Source: a virus (lineage: Duplodnaviria > Caudoviricetes). From it: a DNA stretch of 57,895 nt. The notes beneath the pieces are model-generated. The model made no database searches. It had not been told where the DNA came from and saw only the letters and a list, made by a program, of their open reading frames with translations. Positions 28,193 to 39,149 of this stretch are shown in pieces. A program made the position numbers and the translations under genes. The number at the start of each line of letters is the position of its first letter. The first letter of the stretch is position 1. The stretch is taken from positions 1 through 57,895 of IMG/VR virus record IMGVR_UViG_3300020198_000018; one strand, written 5' to 3'.

Positions 28193-31100
28193 TTATCCTA
28201 ATCCTTTGATTTCGCCAGTATTTTTCAATCTTAACGGAATATAAATGAATTCCACAGACTTGACTGGTTCGATGGCAACATCAAGGTATAGTTCATTCCG
28301 ATCAATTCTAGCTGGTGTATTATTTGATTCATCGCATACAACGATATAGTCGTAGATACCACGTTGGCCAACTATTTCAAGTAACAAACTTTCTGCTGCA
28401 GCTTTAATTTGATTCCGTGTTTGAACGTCATTTGGTTCAAATAAATATGGTTTTGCTAATTTATCGAACTGCCTACGTAAATAAACTACTAAACGTGCTA
28501 CATTGATACGATCTAATGCACTTGCATTTCTGGCTCTTGTATATTGAGCATAGTTGACTAAACCAGACCCATTAATGAATGTAATAGCATTTACTTTTAC
28601 TGATGCTAGGGTGTCACGCTGCCCAGTGTTTAATGCAACTGACTTGAATTCACCTTCTGCATCAACATAGCCAACTGCAGTAGCATTTGTGATGCCACCG
28701 CGACGTGTTCCAGCAGGGGCAAACCAAGGGTATGCAACTTGGTCATTTAATGCAATTGTGCGTAGCATCATATGACTTGGTGGGACAACTATATTATTAC
28801 CAATGTTATCACTGGTGTATCCCCAAGGATAGAAGAATGCAGCATATTCATCAAATGATGCAATACCATGATCATTATCTTCCAGTGCACCGGCAATATT
28901 GCGACCCCAGTTACTTAAACTGGTCGCATCTGGTGTTAAACGTGAAGGGGTATCAGCAACAACAAATGCAGTTAACCCACGGTCATAGTTTAGACTAACC
29001 ATTTCACCAACTAATTCAGGATATCCTGGGGTGGCTAATAAGTTAAATACTGTGCCTTCTTCATCACGAATTGATTGATTGGAATTTACCAATGCTTGCA
29101 GTTTCTGAACAACCACTTTACGCTGGGCAAGTCGTCCAAATGTACCAGCACCGTTTTCTTGATTAGCTGCTTCGCTAACCCAACGGTGTGGGTTGTATAG
29201 AGAGGTTCTTTCATTACCATAACGATAATTACTACTTGATAAATCGATATGATTATTTTCAGAACGTTTTACATTCCATCCACTTCTACGTAAGTTCCAC
29301 AACAACATTCCTTTTGGATATAATGCTGGGTCTGGCGCATCTGGGTCTAAGAAGTCACTATGCAACAATTGTTCAATTGCTGCTGGGGCAGAATCTTCAC
29401 CAGATATTGACCAACGTGCATCATGGAATAAAATACCATTTTCAGTAGTTTGATCTGCTGAATCAACCAACTTCCATATTTTAGGGAAGTCCTGGAATTT
29501 GTAGATAGCTGGGAATTGTTTTTCATCAGTCATGTCAATCCACAAGTCGCCCTCAACCAATGGTGTTCCATCAGACTGTGTGGTTGGTTTTGATGCACTC
29601 CAAATTGGGCCATTTGGATCGGTTTTTCTTGAATCAGTTGCATTATAATATGGGCTATCGAAAGTAGATGTACCATTGCCGTGGAATTGATATCCAACCC
29701 AAGTTGAACCATTATTAATTAAAATGTCAGCTTCATCTTTAGTATTATACCATAATTGACCATTAACCGCGCCACTTACTGGCGCAATGGTCGCTGCTTC
29801 AACGAACCCGCGTAAATTGTCATCGGTCAATGATGTCCACAATGAAGCATAGTATTCGGTTGCATTAACACCAGGCATACCGTACAAATTAGTGGTTGGT
29901 GTTGCTCTAGTATCGGTAATTGCACCGAATAAGCTAGCAATAGGGGCACCTGCCCCGTCACTGAATTTGATATCCCCGCCTAATTTATGGGTAATGACAA
30001 TTTTATTAGCTGGTGTTAAACTAGCAACAACATTAACAAGACCAATATTATTAATTGCTTCAACAATTGTTGCGGCATCACGTGCTACACCTGTACCATT
30101 GAAAGAAACTACTTTTGTAGGTGAATATAATGGTGAACCCACTAATGTCTCACTAATTCTAAAATCATATGCACCAGTGGCGAATTGTGAAATAACAGCG
30201 ATAGATGTGATAGAGGTTTGGCCAACACCACGACGACGATAAATTTTAAAGTTTGCACCCGCAGGCGAATTTACACTGCCTGATAATACAGCAGTTTCTT
30301 CATCATTGTATTTTACATAAACTGTATTTCCGGCTAAATTAATACCACCATGTACTGCATCCATTGCAGCTAACGCTGCTGCATTATTTGCATATAATGG
30401 AACAGTTAAATTTTGCCAAGATTTGGTTTGTGCATTGAATTTTTTAACATCCCAATTTGCACCCAAGTTGTATGAGGTTGTTTTAATCCACAAAGAACCA
30501 GATGGTCTAATTTCAGAACCAGTTCTTTTCCAAGATGGGACTTGTGTATGTTTTGAAATCGCCAATGCAGGAGGATTGTAAATCGGCGTTAAATCAACTA
30601 CTCCATCATTTCCAACGAATCCTAAGCCAGCCTTACCTACAGTGGAACCGGATAATTCGATAGACACACCAGAAGAATATAATTCCAAATGCTCATCGAT
30701 CAGCGCAGCAGTTACCCCAGGAATACTAGTACCAATCGCAGCTACCAATGCATCTAATGTTGTTACATTGGTAACATTAACCCCATTGATAACAAGTGTA
30801 TCTTCATTGACTAACGTTACATTTACCTCAGACCCCCTTACTGTTGGGCTGCTCGCAATCCACGCCTGTGACCCAACTGCAACCCATGAAACTGGGGTTT
30901 TTGTCATTGGTTTTTTATACCACATTGTGTTTAAGTTATTGACTGTCACAATTGCATATGTACCAATTGCACCATAACTAAGGTTAGGTGCACCTGTGCT
31001 TGCATCTACTAATTCAACATTATTAATAACGACAGGAACAACATTAGCAAATGTCTGACCGCCAGCGGTATCAGCCAATCCACCATTCCATTTAAAAATT

Positions 31101-31537
31101 CCATATTTTGATGAGTTAGTAGATAACCAAAAGGTATTATTCGCAGGGTTTCCAGTTGGTTCCTTTGACATTGCAGACAATTGTGCCAAGTCAACATCTG
31201 CACGAACTACATATGCACGATTGCTAACACCCAAAAAGCTATACGCAGCTTGTAATCCATATTCGTTTTGTTCTCCAGCATGAACTGGATTGTTATTTCC
31301 ATCTGTGATAAATTTAGGTGTACCAAATGTATCAGTTAAATCTTTTTGGCTAGTAATTAAATATACCTTGCCAGCATTTGCTTTTAATGTACCACGTGCG
31401 GTACCGGTACTCGCACCATTACGTTTGTTTTCTTCAGTTGCAACAAAAATTAAAGGAACTGTGCCAGGGGCAGCTGATGTATAAAAGCTTTCGTCGATTA
31501 CCGATACGCTTACACCAGGTGAACTAAGTTGAGCCAT
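28193..31537 (-). CDS. Tail sheath protein (gp18-like) with large insertion domains
   Basis: SPGVSVSVIDES start, PWFAPAGTRRG, DRINVARL, FEPND, VCDESNN, EFIYIP. Confidence 0.93.
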   Translation of the reverse strand: MAQLSSPGVSVSVIDESFYTSAAPGTVPLIFVATEENKRNGASTGTARGTLKANAGKVYLITSQKDLTDTFGTPKFITDGNNNPVHAGEQNEYGLQAAYSFLGVSNRAYVVRADVDLAQLSAMSKEPTGNPANNTFWLSTNSSKYGIFKWNGGLADTAGGQTFANVVPVVINNVELVDASTGAPNLSYGAIGTYAIVTVNNLNTMWYKKPMTKTPVSWVAVGSQAWIASSPTVRGSEVNVTLVNEDTLVINGVNVTNVTTLDALVAAIGTSIPGVTAALIDEHLELYSSGVSIELSGSTVGKAGLGFVGNDGVVDLTPIYNPPALAISKHTQVPSWKRTGSEIRPSGSLWIKTTSYNLGANWDVKKFNAQTKSWQNLTVPLYANNAAALAAMDAVHGGINLAGNTVYVKYNDEETAVLSGSVNSPAGANFKIYRRRGVGQTSITSIAVISQFATGAYDFRISETLVGSPLYSPTKVVSFNGTGVARDAATIVEAINNIGLVNVVASLTPANKIVITHKLGGDIKFSDGAGAPIASLFGAITDTRATPTTNLYGMPGVNATEYYASLWTSLTDDNLRGFVEAATIAPVSGAVNGQLWYNTKDEADILINNGSTWVGYQFHGNGTSTFDSPYYNATDSRKTDPNGPIWSASKPTTQSDGTPLVEGDLWIDMTDEKQFPAIYKFQDFPKIWKLVDSADQTTENGILFHDARWSISGEDSAPAAIEQLLHSDFLDPDAPDPALYPKGMLLWNLRRSGWNVKRSENNHIDLSSSNYRYGNERTSLYNPHRWVSEAANQENGAGTFGRLAQRKVVVQKLQALVNSNQSIRDEEGTVFNLLATPGYPELVGEMVSLNYDRGLTAFVVADTPSRLTPDATSLSNWGRNIAGALEDNDHGIASFDEYAAFFYPWGYTSDNIGNNIVVPPSHMMLRTIALNDQVAYPWFAPAGTRRGGITNATAVGYVDAEGEFKSVALNTGQRDTLASVKVNAITFINGSGLVNYAQYTRARNASALDRINVARLVVYLRRQFDKLAKPYLFEPNDVQTRNQIKAAAESLLLEIVGQRGIYDYIVVCDESNNTPARIDRNELYLDVAIEPVKSVEFIYIPLRLKNTGEIKGLG

Positions 31538-31660
31538 AATGTATTCTCCATAATAAAGTTCTAATAAGATCTTATCTTTATTTAGTGACTTTTATGGTTT
31601 TTACCCTTAATATAGCCCCCAAAAAAGGGATAAAAAGGGTTATTTTTTGTAAATATTGCT

Positions 31661-31990
31661 ATGAGACCATTATGTAAATGTGGATGTAAACCGGCTGCAA
31701 TAAATTATATTAAGAATGGGCGTACTTATTACCGAAAACTATGTGAATCTTGTTTAAAAGGTCATGTACAGATTTGTCGATGGTATACTGCTGGGTATAG
31801 AATAAAAACACAATGTGATAAATGTGGGTTCAAATCACCATATACAGAAATATTTTCGGTATTTCATGTAGATGGTAATTTAAACAATTGTAGACCAGGA
31901 AATCTCAAAACAGTGTGCGCCAACTGTCAACGGATACTACATCAGGAAGGGATATCGTGGAAGCAGGGGGATCTAACTCCGGATTTATAA
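31661..31990 (+). CDS. Small Zn-finger HNH-like protein
   Basis: Several CxxC pairs; HVDGNLNN...NLKTVCANC. Confidence 0.75.
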   Translation: MRPLCKCGCKPAAINYIKNGRTYYRKLCESCLKGHVQICRWYTAGYRIKTQCDKCGFKSPYTEIFSVFHVDGNLNNCRPGNLKTVCANCQRILHQEGISWKQGDLTPDL

Positions 31991-32594
31991 ACATATTCAA
32001 ATTGGTATATAAATCATCTATGGTTCCATTATTTTCTATAATCACATCACACACCAACCCATACCAAGCCCATTCACTCTCGTGAACACCATATTGGTTT
32101 AATATTGATTTGCTCGTAGAATCACCAGATAATGCAGCAGACACGTGTGAATGCCATGCTGGGGCGGGTCCACGTGATACCCGTATGATTTTTCCACCCA
32201 TTCTTTTTATAGAATCAAATTCATTTGGGAATCTACAATCAGTAATAACAATATTGTCTTCACTTTTGCTAAGTCTATGTTCTAAACTAGCAATCCAAAT
32301 GTCTTGATGGAAATGATTGCGACATAAATCAGTTGCAAAATTTTGCAACACCCATCTTGGGGTAAGCTGCGGGATGGACAATCTAGTTGCCCACCAGTTA
32401 TCAGGCTGTTCTCGCCAGTCTCGTGCCGTTTTTGTACGACCGTCTAGTAAGGTTCTATCCCATCCAAATATTGCAGATACAGAATCTTTGAGACTTGATG
32501 CAAATGATTCGCGTCGAAAGTTGTGAATAGTTGTTAGGTAATCCGCAATAGTATCTTTACCTGCCCCCATTGAACCAACAATTCCTATTATCAT
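31905..32594 (-). CDS. Deoxynucleoside monophosphate kinase (T4 gp1-like)
   Basis: GSMGAGKDT, SFASSLKD, TPRWVLQ, ITDCRFPNE, HESE; sigma70 promoter TTGATT-N17-TATAAT upstream (32642-32614). Confidence 0.9.
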   Translation of the reverse strand: MIIGIVGSMGAGKDTIADYLTTIHNFRRESFASSLKDSVSAIFGWDRTLLDGRTKTARDWREQPDNWWATRLSIPQLTPRWVLQNFATDLCRNHFHQDIWIASLEHRLSKSEDNIVITDCRFPNEFDSIKRMGGKIIRVSRGPAPAWHSHVSAALSGDSTSKSILNQYGVHESEWAWYGLVCDVIIENNGTIDDLYTNLNMFINPELDPPASTISLPDVVSVDSWRTLF

Positions 32595-32645
32595 ATAATC
32601 TCCTATAATATCTATTATATCACAGAATTATAAAGAAATCAATTA

Positions 32646-33413
32646 TTATCCTAACACAAATGAATACCCTGTTCCACCAGATATCAAGGTTTCTAATTCT
32701 TTGTCCAATATTGCCAAATCTTCTTTTGCAGATGATTTTAACTCGGTGCCATTTAGCTGAATTGTACCATTTGGTCCGGCGATTGATGCAAATAAACTTC
32801 TTGCTTCACCCAACATCATTTTGCATGTTGCCAATGTATAATCACGCAACCATTGTTTAGCATATAAATCAGTTAATAGTACAAAATCAGGTCGGTAATT
32901 ATGTGATTTAATTAAAATTTGTTCGCCTTGTGCAAATGGTCGTTGTAGTATTGTTAACGTGTGATTTTGTGGTTTCCATTTAAATTCAATAAAACTACCA
33001 AACATTCTACCGACTAACTTTTGATACCCAGCGAACATATCATAAGTGGCCAATCCACCCATCATGCTACCACTTAATAGATACGTGTTGGTGTATGCCA
33101 AGTTAAATGGTTCAAATAGTGTACCACCTGCGCCCATACCAGACCGTGAACCAATTGCACGACGGAATACACTTTGGACTTCGACAATTTCATCGGGTAA
33201 TCTATATTCATTTTGGTCTTGTATTAACTCCAAAAAGCTATAACTTTCTTCGACCGCATTTGGGCTGCGTTGTCTAAACCGGGTTAATGCCCGTTCCAAT
33301 GCTGTTTCATAATGAGTTGGGTCTAAATCTATGTCAATCATGCCATCACCAAGCATTGTCTTAACATATTCAAATACTTTATTTCTTTCAATTAACGATG
33401 TATTTTCCGACAT
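32646..33413 (-). CDS. Neck protein (gp13-like)
   Basis: MLGDGMIDIDL, WLRDYTLA, MLGEARS, GPNGTIQLNG. Confidence 0.8.
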   Translation of the reverse strand: MSENTSLIERNKVFEYVKTMLGDGMIDIDLDPTHYETALERALTRFRQRSPNAVEESYSFLELIQDQNEYRLPDEIVEVQSVFRRAIGSRSGMGAGGTLFEPFNLAYTNTYLLSGSMMGGLATYDMFAGYQKLVGRMFGSFIEFKWKPQNHTLTILQRPFAQGEQILIKSHNYRPDFVLLTDLYAKQWLRDYTLATCKMMLGEARSLFASIAGPNGTIQLNGTELKSSAKEDLAILDKELETLISGGTGYSFVLG

Positions 33414-33429
33414 AATGGTTCTCCATGTA

Positions 33430-33449
33430 TATTTATCATTCGCTAAATA
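33430..33449. promoter_or_regulatory. Divergent late promoter pair
   Basis: ATAAATA on minus (33436-30) and CTAAATA on plus (33443-49), between the gp13- and gp14-like genes. Confidence 0.6.
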
Positions 33450-33474
33450 TACATAATATACAAGGAGAAATACT

Positions 33475-34890
33475 TTGCCACGACTAAGTCTTTATAAACC
33501 GGAGAAAGGCAATAATTATCGATTTATAGATCGTCAAATATCACAAATGTTCCAAGTAGGGGGCACTGATGTATACGTTCATAAGTATTTGGGGCCGAAA
33601 AATCCTCTAGAAGGTACTGCAGATCTACCAATATACGATGTAGTTAAAGAAACAAATATTCAAGATTTACTATTCTTAGAAAATCGTGATCGAAAATATG
33701 ATGAAGAAATATATAGGGTACGAGGAATTTACAATGTTCAAAATATTGATTTTAATCTAAGTCAATTTGGGTTGTTTATTGATAATGATACACTATATAT
33801 GACTGTCCATATCAATGACTTTATCAATTACCTTGGTCGAAAACCATTGAGTGGGGATGTAATGGAACTTCCACATTTAAAAGATGAGTTTGCGCTAAAT
33901 GATTATGATATCAGTTTACCTAGATATTATGTTATCGAAGATGTTGGTCGTGCAAGTGAGGGTTTCAGTGCCACTTGGTATCCACATTTGTATCGTTTGA
34001 AATTGAAAAAAGTAACGGACAGTCAACAGTTTGCTGATATTTTAGATAAACCCGCATTAGATGCTAATGGATATCCTAGTGATATGACCCTACGAGAGTT
34101 ATTGAGTACTAAGAATAGAGAACTTGAAATATCTGATGCGGTGATAGCGCAAGCAGAAGCAGATGCCCCATTAAGTGGCTACGAAACTCGGCAATTTTAT
34201 ACTTTAGCAGTTGACAAGAATGGAAAGCCAGTATTAAACACTGCCGATTTAAGTACGATGGATGCTAGTACTTCATCTTACTTAACCAGTGAAAATAATG
34301 CGAGGGCGATTCGGAATGGTTACAATGGGTATTTGATTGGGGATGGGTTCCCCCCAAATGGGTATGATTTTGGACATGGCATTCAATTCCCACCAAACCC
34401 AGGAAAGGATGATTTCTTTTTGCGAACGGATTTTATGCCAAATAGATTATTCAGTTTTGATGGAAATAATTGGATGAAGGTCGAAGATGCAGTTAGAATG
34501 ACTATGACAAATACCGACACACGGGACACCCTTAAAACCGGATTTATCAACAACAGTAATTACATGTTTAATGATAAAGTCACTGATGATATGGTTTATA
34601 TCGAAGATGGTGTGTTTAACATAAACACTAATATCCTATATCAAACTGCATTGTATGTTGTGTTCAAGTTAGAAACAGCAACTATATCATTCGCATATGT
34701 GGAGTATCCAAATATTTTTGAATTGTATGATGATGAAGGAGTTGATAAACTTCGTATTGTTCTACCAATTATCAATAATGAACAAGTTACTATTCCAATT
34801 TCTGGTATTTGGAATGTATCATTATACAACAATAGGGAGGCGCAACGTCAAAGTCTTTCTAAAGTTCTTAAACCTAAGGCAGATTTATAA
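33475..34890 (+). CDS. Neck/head-closure protein (gp14-like), extended
   Basis: TTG start after AAGGAG; LSQFGLF, KPLSGDVMELPH; divergent from the gp13-like gene. Confidence 0.7.
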   Translation: MPRLSLYKPEKGNNYRFIDRQISQMFQVGGTDVYVHKYLGPKNPLEGTADLPIYDVVKETNIQDLLFLENRDRKYDEEIYRVRGIYNVQNIDFNLSQFGLFIDNDTLYMTVHINDFINYLGRKPLSGDVMELPHLKDEFALNDYDISLPRYYVIEDVGRASEGFSATWYPHLYRLKLKKVTDSQQFADILDKPALDANGYPSDMTLRELLSTKNRELEISDAVIAQAEADAPLSGYETRQFYTLAVDKNGKPVLNTADLSTMDASTSSYLTSENNARAIRNGYNGYLIGDGFPPNGYDFGHGIQFPPNPGKDDFFLRTDFMPNRLFSFDGNNWMKVEDAVRMTMTNTDTRDTLKTGFINNSNYMFNDKVTDDMVYIEDGVFNINTNILYQTALYVVFKLETATISFAYVEYPNIFELYDDEGVDKLRIVLPIINNEQVTIPISGIWNVSLYNNREAQRQSLSKVLKPKADL

Positions 34891-36383
34891 TGCAACATTT
34901 TTACGATGGTCAAATAAGACGATATCTTACTCAAACAATGAGAGTATTCAGTAACTTCATTGTTCGATATAGCGATGGAACATTAAATCGTGTTCCAGTA
35001 TTATATGGCGACGCAGATCGCCAAGCGGCATCTATCCTAAGGCAAAATTCAGAAAACAAAGTAAATTCTGTACCAAGAATTTCTGTTTATATAAATGAAT
35101 TAAAAATGGATAGAAATAGATTGGCCGATGCAACCTTTATTGGTAAAGTACGAGTTAGAGAACGTGATATAGAAGTAGATGCAGCCACCGGAAATCAATT
35201 GTACACCCGTTCGCAAGGCAGAAATTACACAGTAGAACGGTTGATGCCTACCCCGTTTATATTAGAAATGAAAGTGGATATTTGGGCAGCAAACACTGAC
35301 CAAAAATTACAGTTGTTGGAACAAATATTAGTACTGTTCAATCCAAGCCTTGAACTACAAACAACTGACAATTATATTGATTGGACTAGCTTATCTGTTT
35401 TAAATTTGATAGATATTCATTGGTCAAGTAGATCAATACCAGTTGGGGTCGATTCCCCTATCGAAGTGTGCACGTTAACAGTGGATTCACCTATATGGAT
35501 TAGTCCACCAGTAAAAGTTAAACATTTAGGTGTGATAACAAATATCATCACTAACATGTATGAAAGTTCTATCACAACCCCTAACTCAGGTGAACTTAAC
35601 ATTTTTGGTACAGATGTTGTTGAATCATATTCATCGTTGGTTGATATTTTATCTCAAGTTAGAACTACGATTACTGAATATAAAATTCAAGTTCACAACA
35701 ATAAGGTCGAATTATTAGGCTCCTCTGAAAATTCAATAGCTGGTACAAAATTTGAAATTCCAGTAAGACAAGGAACTGCCCTTAATTGGGATGATGCATT
35801 AGATGTGTATCCAGGAAAATACATTGCAGGAGTCAGCAAATTATTTTTATTACAATCGAATGGTTCGGAAATTGTTGGTACTGTTGCGTTAGACCCAGCT
35901 AATCATGCGATATTGGCCGTCAATTGGGATCCTGACACCCTGGTAAAGGATACATTAATAGATTCTACCGGGTTGTTTCAATCAGACCATGGTTTTGACC
36001 AATCATCGGCAAGAGGTAAAGTTGATGCTATTATTGACCCATTAACATACAATCCTAAAAGACCATTAAAAGAGCGTGATGACCAGCCCATACCCATTGG
36101 AATACGATATTTGTTGATAGAGGATATCGGTGATGTTGAGAATATTGATGGCGCTGATGCATGGAAATCCGTAACCGGGGAAGATTTGGTTGCAACCGCC
36201 AATGATATCATTGAATGGGATGGTATTCATTGGAATGTTATTTTTGATTCTTCACAAGAATATGATACAATGGTTTGGCAAACTAATATATACACAGGTG
36301 TACAATACTTATGGAATGGTGTTTCATGGGTTAAGTCGTTTGAAGGTATATACGAGGAAGGATTTTGGAGACTAGAACTGTAA
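34890..36383 (+). CDS. Tail sheath stabiliser/terminator (gp15-like), extended
   Basis: HFYDGQIRRY, VPVLYG, PRIS, PTPF, QLLEQILVLFNP. Confidence 0.8.
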   Translation: MQHFYDGQIRRYLTQTMRVFSNFIVRYSDGTLNRVPVLYGDADRQAASILRQNSENKVNSVPRISVYINELKMDRNRLADATFIGKVRVRERDIEVDAATGNQLYTRSQGRNYTVERLMPTPFILEMKVDIWAANTDQKLQLLEQILVLFNPSLELQTTDNYIDWTSLSVLNLIDIHWSSRSIPVGVDSPIEVCTLTVDSPIWISPPVKVKHLGVITNIITNMYESSITTPNSGELNIFGTDVVESYSSLVDILSQVRTTITEYKIQVHNNKVELLGSSENSIAGTKFEIPVRQGTALNWDDALDVYPGKYIAGVSKLFLLQSNGSEIVGTVALDPANHAILAVNWDPDTLVKDTLIDSTGLFQSDHGFDQSSARGKVDAIIDPLTYNPKRPLKERDDQPIPIGIRYLLIEDIGDVENIDGADAWKSVTGEDLVATANDIIEWDGIHWNVIFDSSQEYDTMVWQTNIYTGVQYLWNGVSWVKSFEGIYEEGFWRLEL

Positions 36384-36814
36384 ATGATAAAATAATATGC
36401 AGTGGTGCATTGATATATTCCAAATCAACGCATCGTGTATTATTAATTCAAAAATCATCAGGAAAACATCATGGAACTTGGGGTTTAGTTGGCGGTACTA
36501 ATTTGGCAAATGAAAATCCTTGGCAGGGATTACAACGGGAAATTGAAGAAGAAATTGGATTTATTCCGGAAATAAGTAAAACATTACCATTAGAAAAATT
36601 TGTTTCAAATGATAGTGTTTTCAATTTTCACACATATTTTTGTATTGTTGATAATGAATTTATTCCATTATTAAGCACTGAACATACTGCATGGGGATGG
36701 TTTGATTTAAAATCATTACCAAAACCAGTTCATAAAGGGTTAGATCTTAGCTTACGTAATAAAATTATTCAAACTAAGATCCAAACTGTAATAGATATAA
36801 TTGATAGTATTTAA
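36365..36814 (+). CDS. Nudix hydrolase
   Basis: Nudix box GG...ENPWQGLQREIEEEIG; EHTAWGW. Confidence 0.85.
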   Translation: METRTVNDKIICSGALIYSKSTHRVLLIQKSSGKHHGTWGLVGGTNLANENPWQGLQREIEEEIGFIPEISKTLPLEKFVSNDSVFNFHTYFCIVDNEFIPLLSTEHTAWGWFDLKSLPKPVHKGLDLSLRNKIIQTKIQTVIDIIDSI

Positions 36815-36881
36815 GATTATGAAATATAATACAATAATTATGTAGATAGTCTTTATATCGCGATATTTGTTTCAGATTATT

Positions 36882-37280
36882 TTAGCTAATATCTTCATAT
36901 GACACAGTAAAGACTAATTTATCACCCACCCCACTTCTAATGATAATTGAGTTACCTTCTTGTAAATAAAAAGATGTTGATTTATCAATGACGGTCAGCC
37001 ACGCATTAGCCGGAACTGGTATTGTTGATGCTATGGCGTACTCTGTACCACCAGACGGTGCGGAACCTTGAACTCCCACGCCATTTGTATAGATAGAAAC
37101 TGTAGCAGTTACCGCATTTGTGCCATCATCAACATTAGTTACTATAATTTGGTTTATTTTATAAATTTTACCAGATGACGCAGCATTCGCCAATAGAACG
37201 ACAGCTGTCGTTCCAGGTGGCGTGTAATACGTTGTAACACCATACATGGCTGTTACATTTACTATATTAGGATTTGCCAT
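36882..37280 (-). CDS. Small virion structural protein
   Basis: MANPNIVNV...VSYEDIS pattern seen in phage tail regions; TATAAATA upstream. Confidence 0.65.
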   Translation of the reverse strand: MANPNIVNVTAMYGVTTYYTPPGTTAVVLLANAASSGKIYKINQIIVTNVDDGTNAVTATVSIYTNGVGVQGSAPSGGTEYAIASTIPVPANAWLTVIDKSTSFYLQEGNSIIIRSGVGDKLVFTVSYEDIS

Positions 37281-37565
37281 TCTACTTACCTTTTATCATT
37301 ATATATTATTTATATTATTTATTTGATTAGCGCAAGTCGGCTGGACTAGAATTTATACAGATGTAAGAACTTAGATATCCTTACCAATAGGTTCGTAAGA
37401 TGCATGGTAGATATTTTTCAACCCAAATAAGCTGAAGTAATATAGTCACACACACCAGGTACGGTGTGGTGCTCTTTGTCTTTATAGAAAACGGGTGCGT
37501 TATACGAGTAAATTGGTATATTCTGGTCTATCAGCTACACCATCACATACCCACCGTTGGTGACA

Positions 37566-39050
37566 TTATCCACCGAATACAACCGCCATTGCAATTGCTT
37601 TGCCAGCACCCATTGGTGTAGTCCATGTAGGGGCGGACTCGCCGTTACTAGTCAATACTTGACCGAGTGTTCCGGTATCAGTGTATGCGGTTGTATCAGT
37701 TGATGATTGATAATGTACTTGCCCAGCAGATCCGCCAATAATATTTGAGACTGGCTGTGATAGTACCCTCCAGTTTGTGGTTGGTGAATTATATATGAAC
37801 GAAACATATGCGCCTGCTGTAGTTAAAATAAATGAGGTAGCTGCACCCTCAATTAATTTCCCATTTGCTATTACACTTATATTAAACGTGCTAAACGTAC
37901 CAGTCACATCAAGTATACCAATTATATCACCATCAGTTGGGGAAACGGGAAGTGTAATAGTAAATCCACCAGCATTACTATCACATCTTACCAATTCGTT
38001 TGATAATGCGTTATAATTAGAAGTTTTAATCAAGGTTGGGATTAACCCGCTTATGTGGTGCCACCTAGAACCATTATATCCTTCATATGTTGTTAACTCT
38101 GTATTATATCTTATATTGCCAGAAGATGGTGTCGACGGTCTATCTAATGTTGGTCCAGATGGGATCGTTAATGATGCACCATCGGTGAACCCAAGATTAT
38201 GATTTCCCGATATGGTTAAGTCATGTTGTATTGTATCACCAATTGAAATAGCAACAGCATTATCATCAATATGCGTATGCACATTTATACCATCACCAGG
38301 TGTTATTTTTATAAATTCTTTTGATGGCGATGATTCAATAGTAGGTTGTCCTTGAACGACCACTGATTTAAAACTTGTACTATTTAGTTTGTCACCAAGC
38401 TGTGTTGATGATGATTCAAACTTTATTGTCATATTCGTTGCTGATTTAATACTAGTTGCAGCAAATCCTTCAATTACTATATGTTTGGTTTGAGAATCAT
38501 ATGATTTTACAGTAGCATTATCTGGTATTTTATCCCCATAAACATATTGACCAACCAGAATGTTACCTGTTATAATAGTAGCTGTTATAGATAGTTCTGC
38601 ACTATTAGTGGTAGAATTCCAATAACACCCAGTTGCTATTGCAGGTGCATTTAACGGATAAATTGGGATTGTAGATTTTGCATAATTTACAAAGTATGAA
38701 ATTGTACTACCAGACATATCGGGGGATGCAGGTTGAATAACTAAACTAACTTTTGAATTGGTGGATACAGATCGTACATTGATAAGTTGTCTAGCCAAGG
38801 TAGTTCTAGCGTATATAGTGATGTTAGAGTTACCTGGTGTAGCAACCAATGTTGCATGGATGGTTTCACGTTCATTAATACCATATTCTGCATTGATTAT
38901 GTAATCAGCGGATACAAAATCACCAACGTACCATGTATCAACTTCTTGACTATCATATAGCACTAGTCCTGTACTTTGATATGACAAATTTACACCCGAT
39001 GGCAATTGTAATGTAGAATTAGCACCTTTATTAAAAAAGTTTTCAGTCAT
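37566..39050 (-). CDS. Tail fibre/baseplate-associated structural protein
   Basis: IPSGPTLDRP...GNIRYNT...EGYNG and FTITLPVSPTDGD modules. Confidence 0.7.
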   Translation of the reverse strand: MTENFFNKGANSTLQLPSGVNLSYQSTGLVLYDSQEVDTWYVGDFVSADYIINAEYGINERETIHATLVATPGNSNITIYARTTLARQLINVRSVSTNSKVSLVIQPASPDMSGSTISYFVNYAKSTIPIYPLNAPAIATGCYWNSTTNSAELSITATIITGNILVGQYVYGDKIPDNATVKSYDSQTKHIVIEGFAATSIKSATNMTIKFESSSTQLGDKLNSTSFKSVVVQGQPTIESSPSKEFIKITPGDGINVHTHIDDNAVAISIGDTIQHDLTISGNHNLGFTDGASLTIPSGPTLDRPSTPSSGNIRYNTELTTYEGYNGSRWHHISGLIPTLIKTSNYNALSNELVRCDSNAGGFTITLPVSPTDGDIIGILDVTGTFSTFNISVIANGKLIEGAATSFILTTAGAYVSFIYNSPTTNWRVLSQPVSNIIGGSAGQVHYQSSTDTTAYTDTGTLGQVLTSNGESAPTWTTPMGAGKAIAMAVVFGG

Positions 39051-39069
39051 TGTTAAATCCTGTTTTTAA

Positions 39070-39121
39070 TATTTATGCTATTTTTATTTTTTATAACACG
39101 CGATTTACGGTTTAATAAATA
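39070..39121. promoter_or_regulatory. Divergent late promoter pair
   Basis: ATAAATA on minus (39076-70) and on plus (39115-21). Confidence 0.6.
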
Positions 39122-39149
39122 CGGAATAATATATTGATATGAGGTTATT

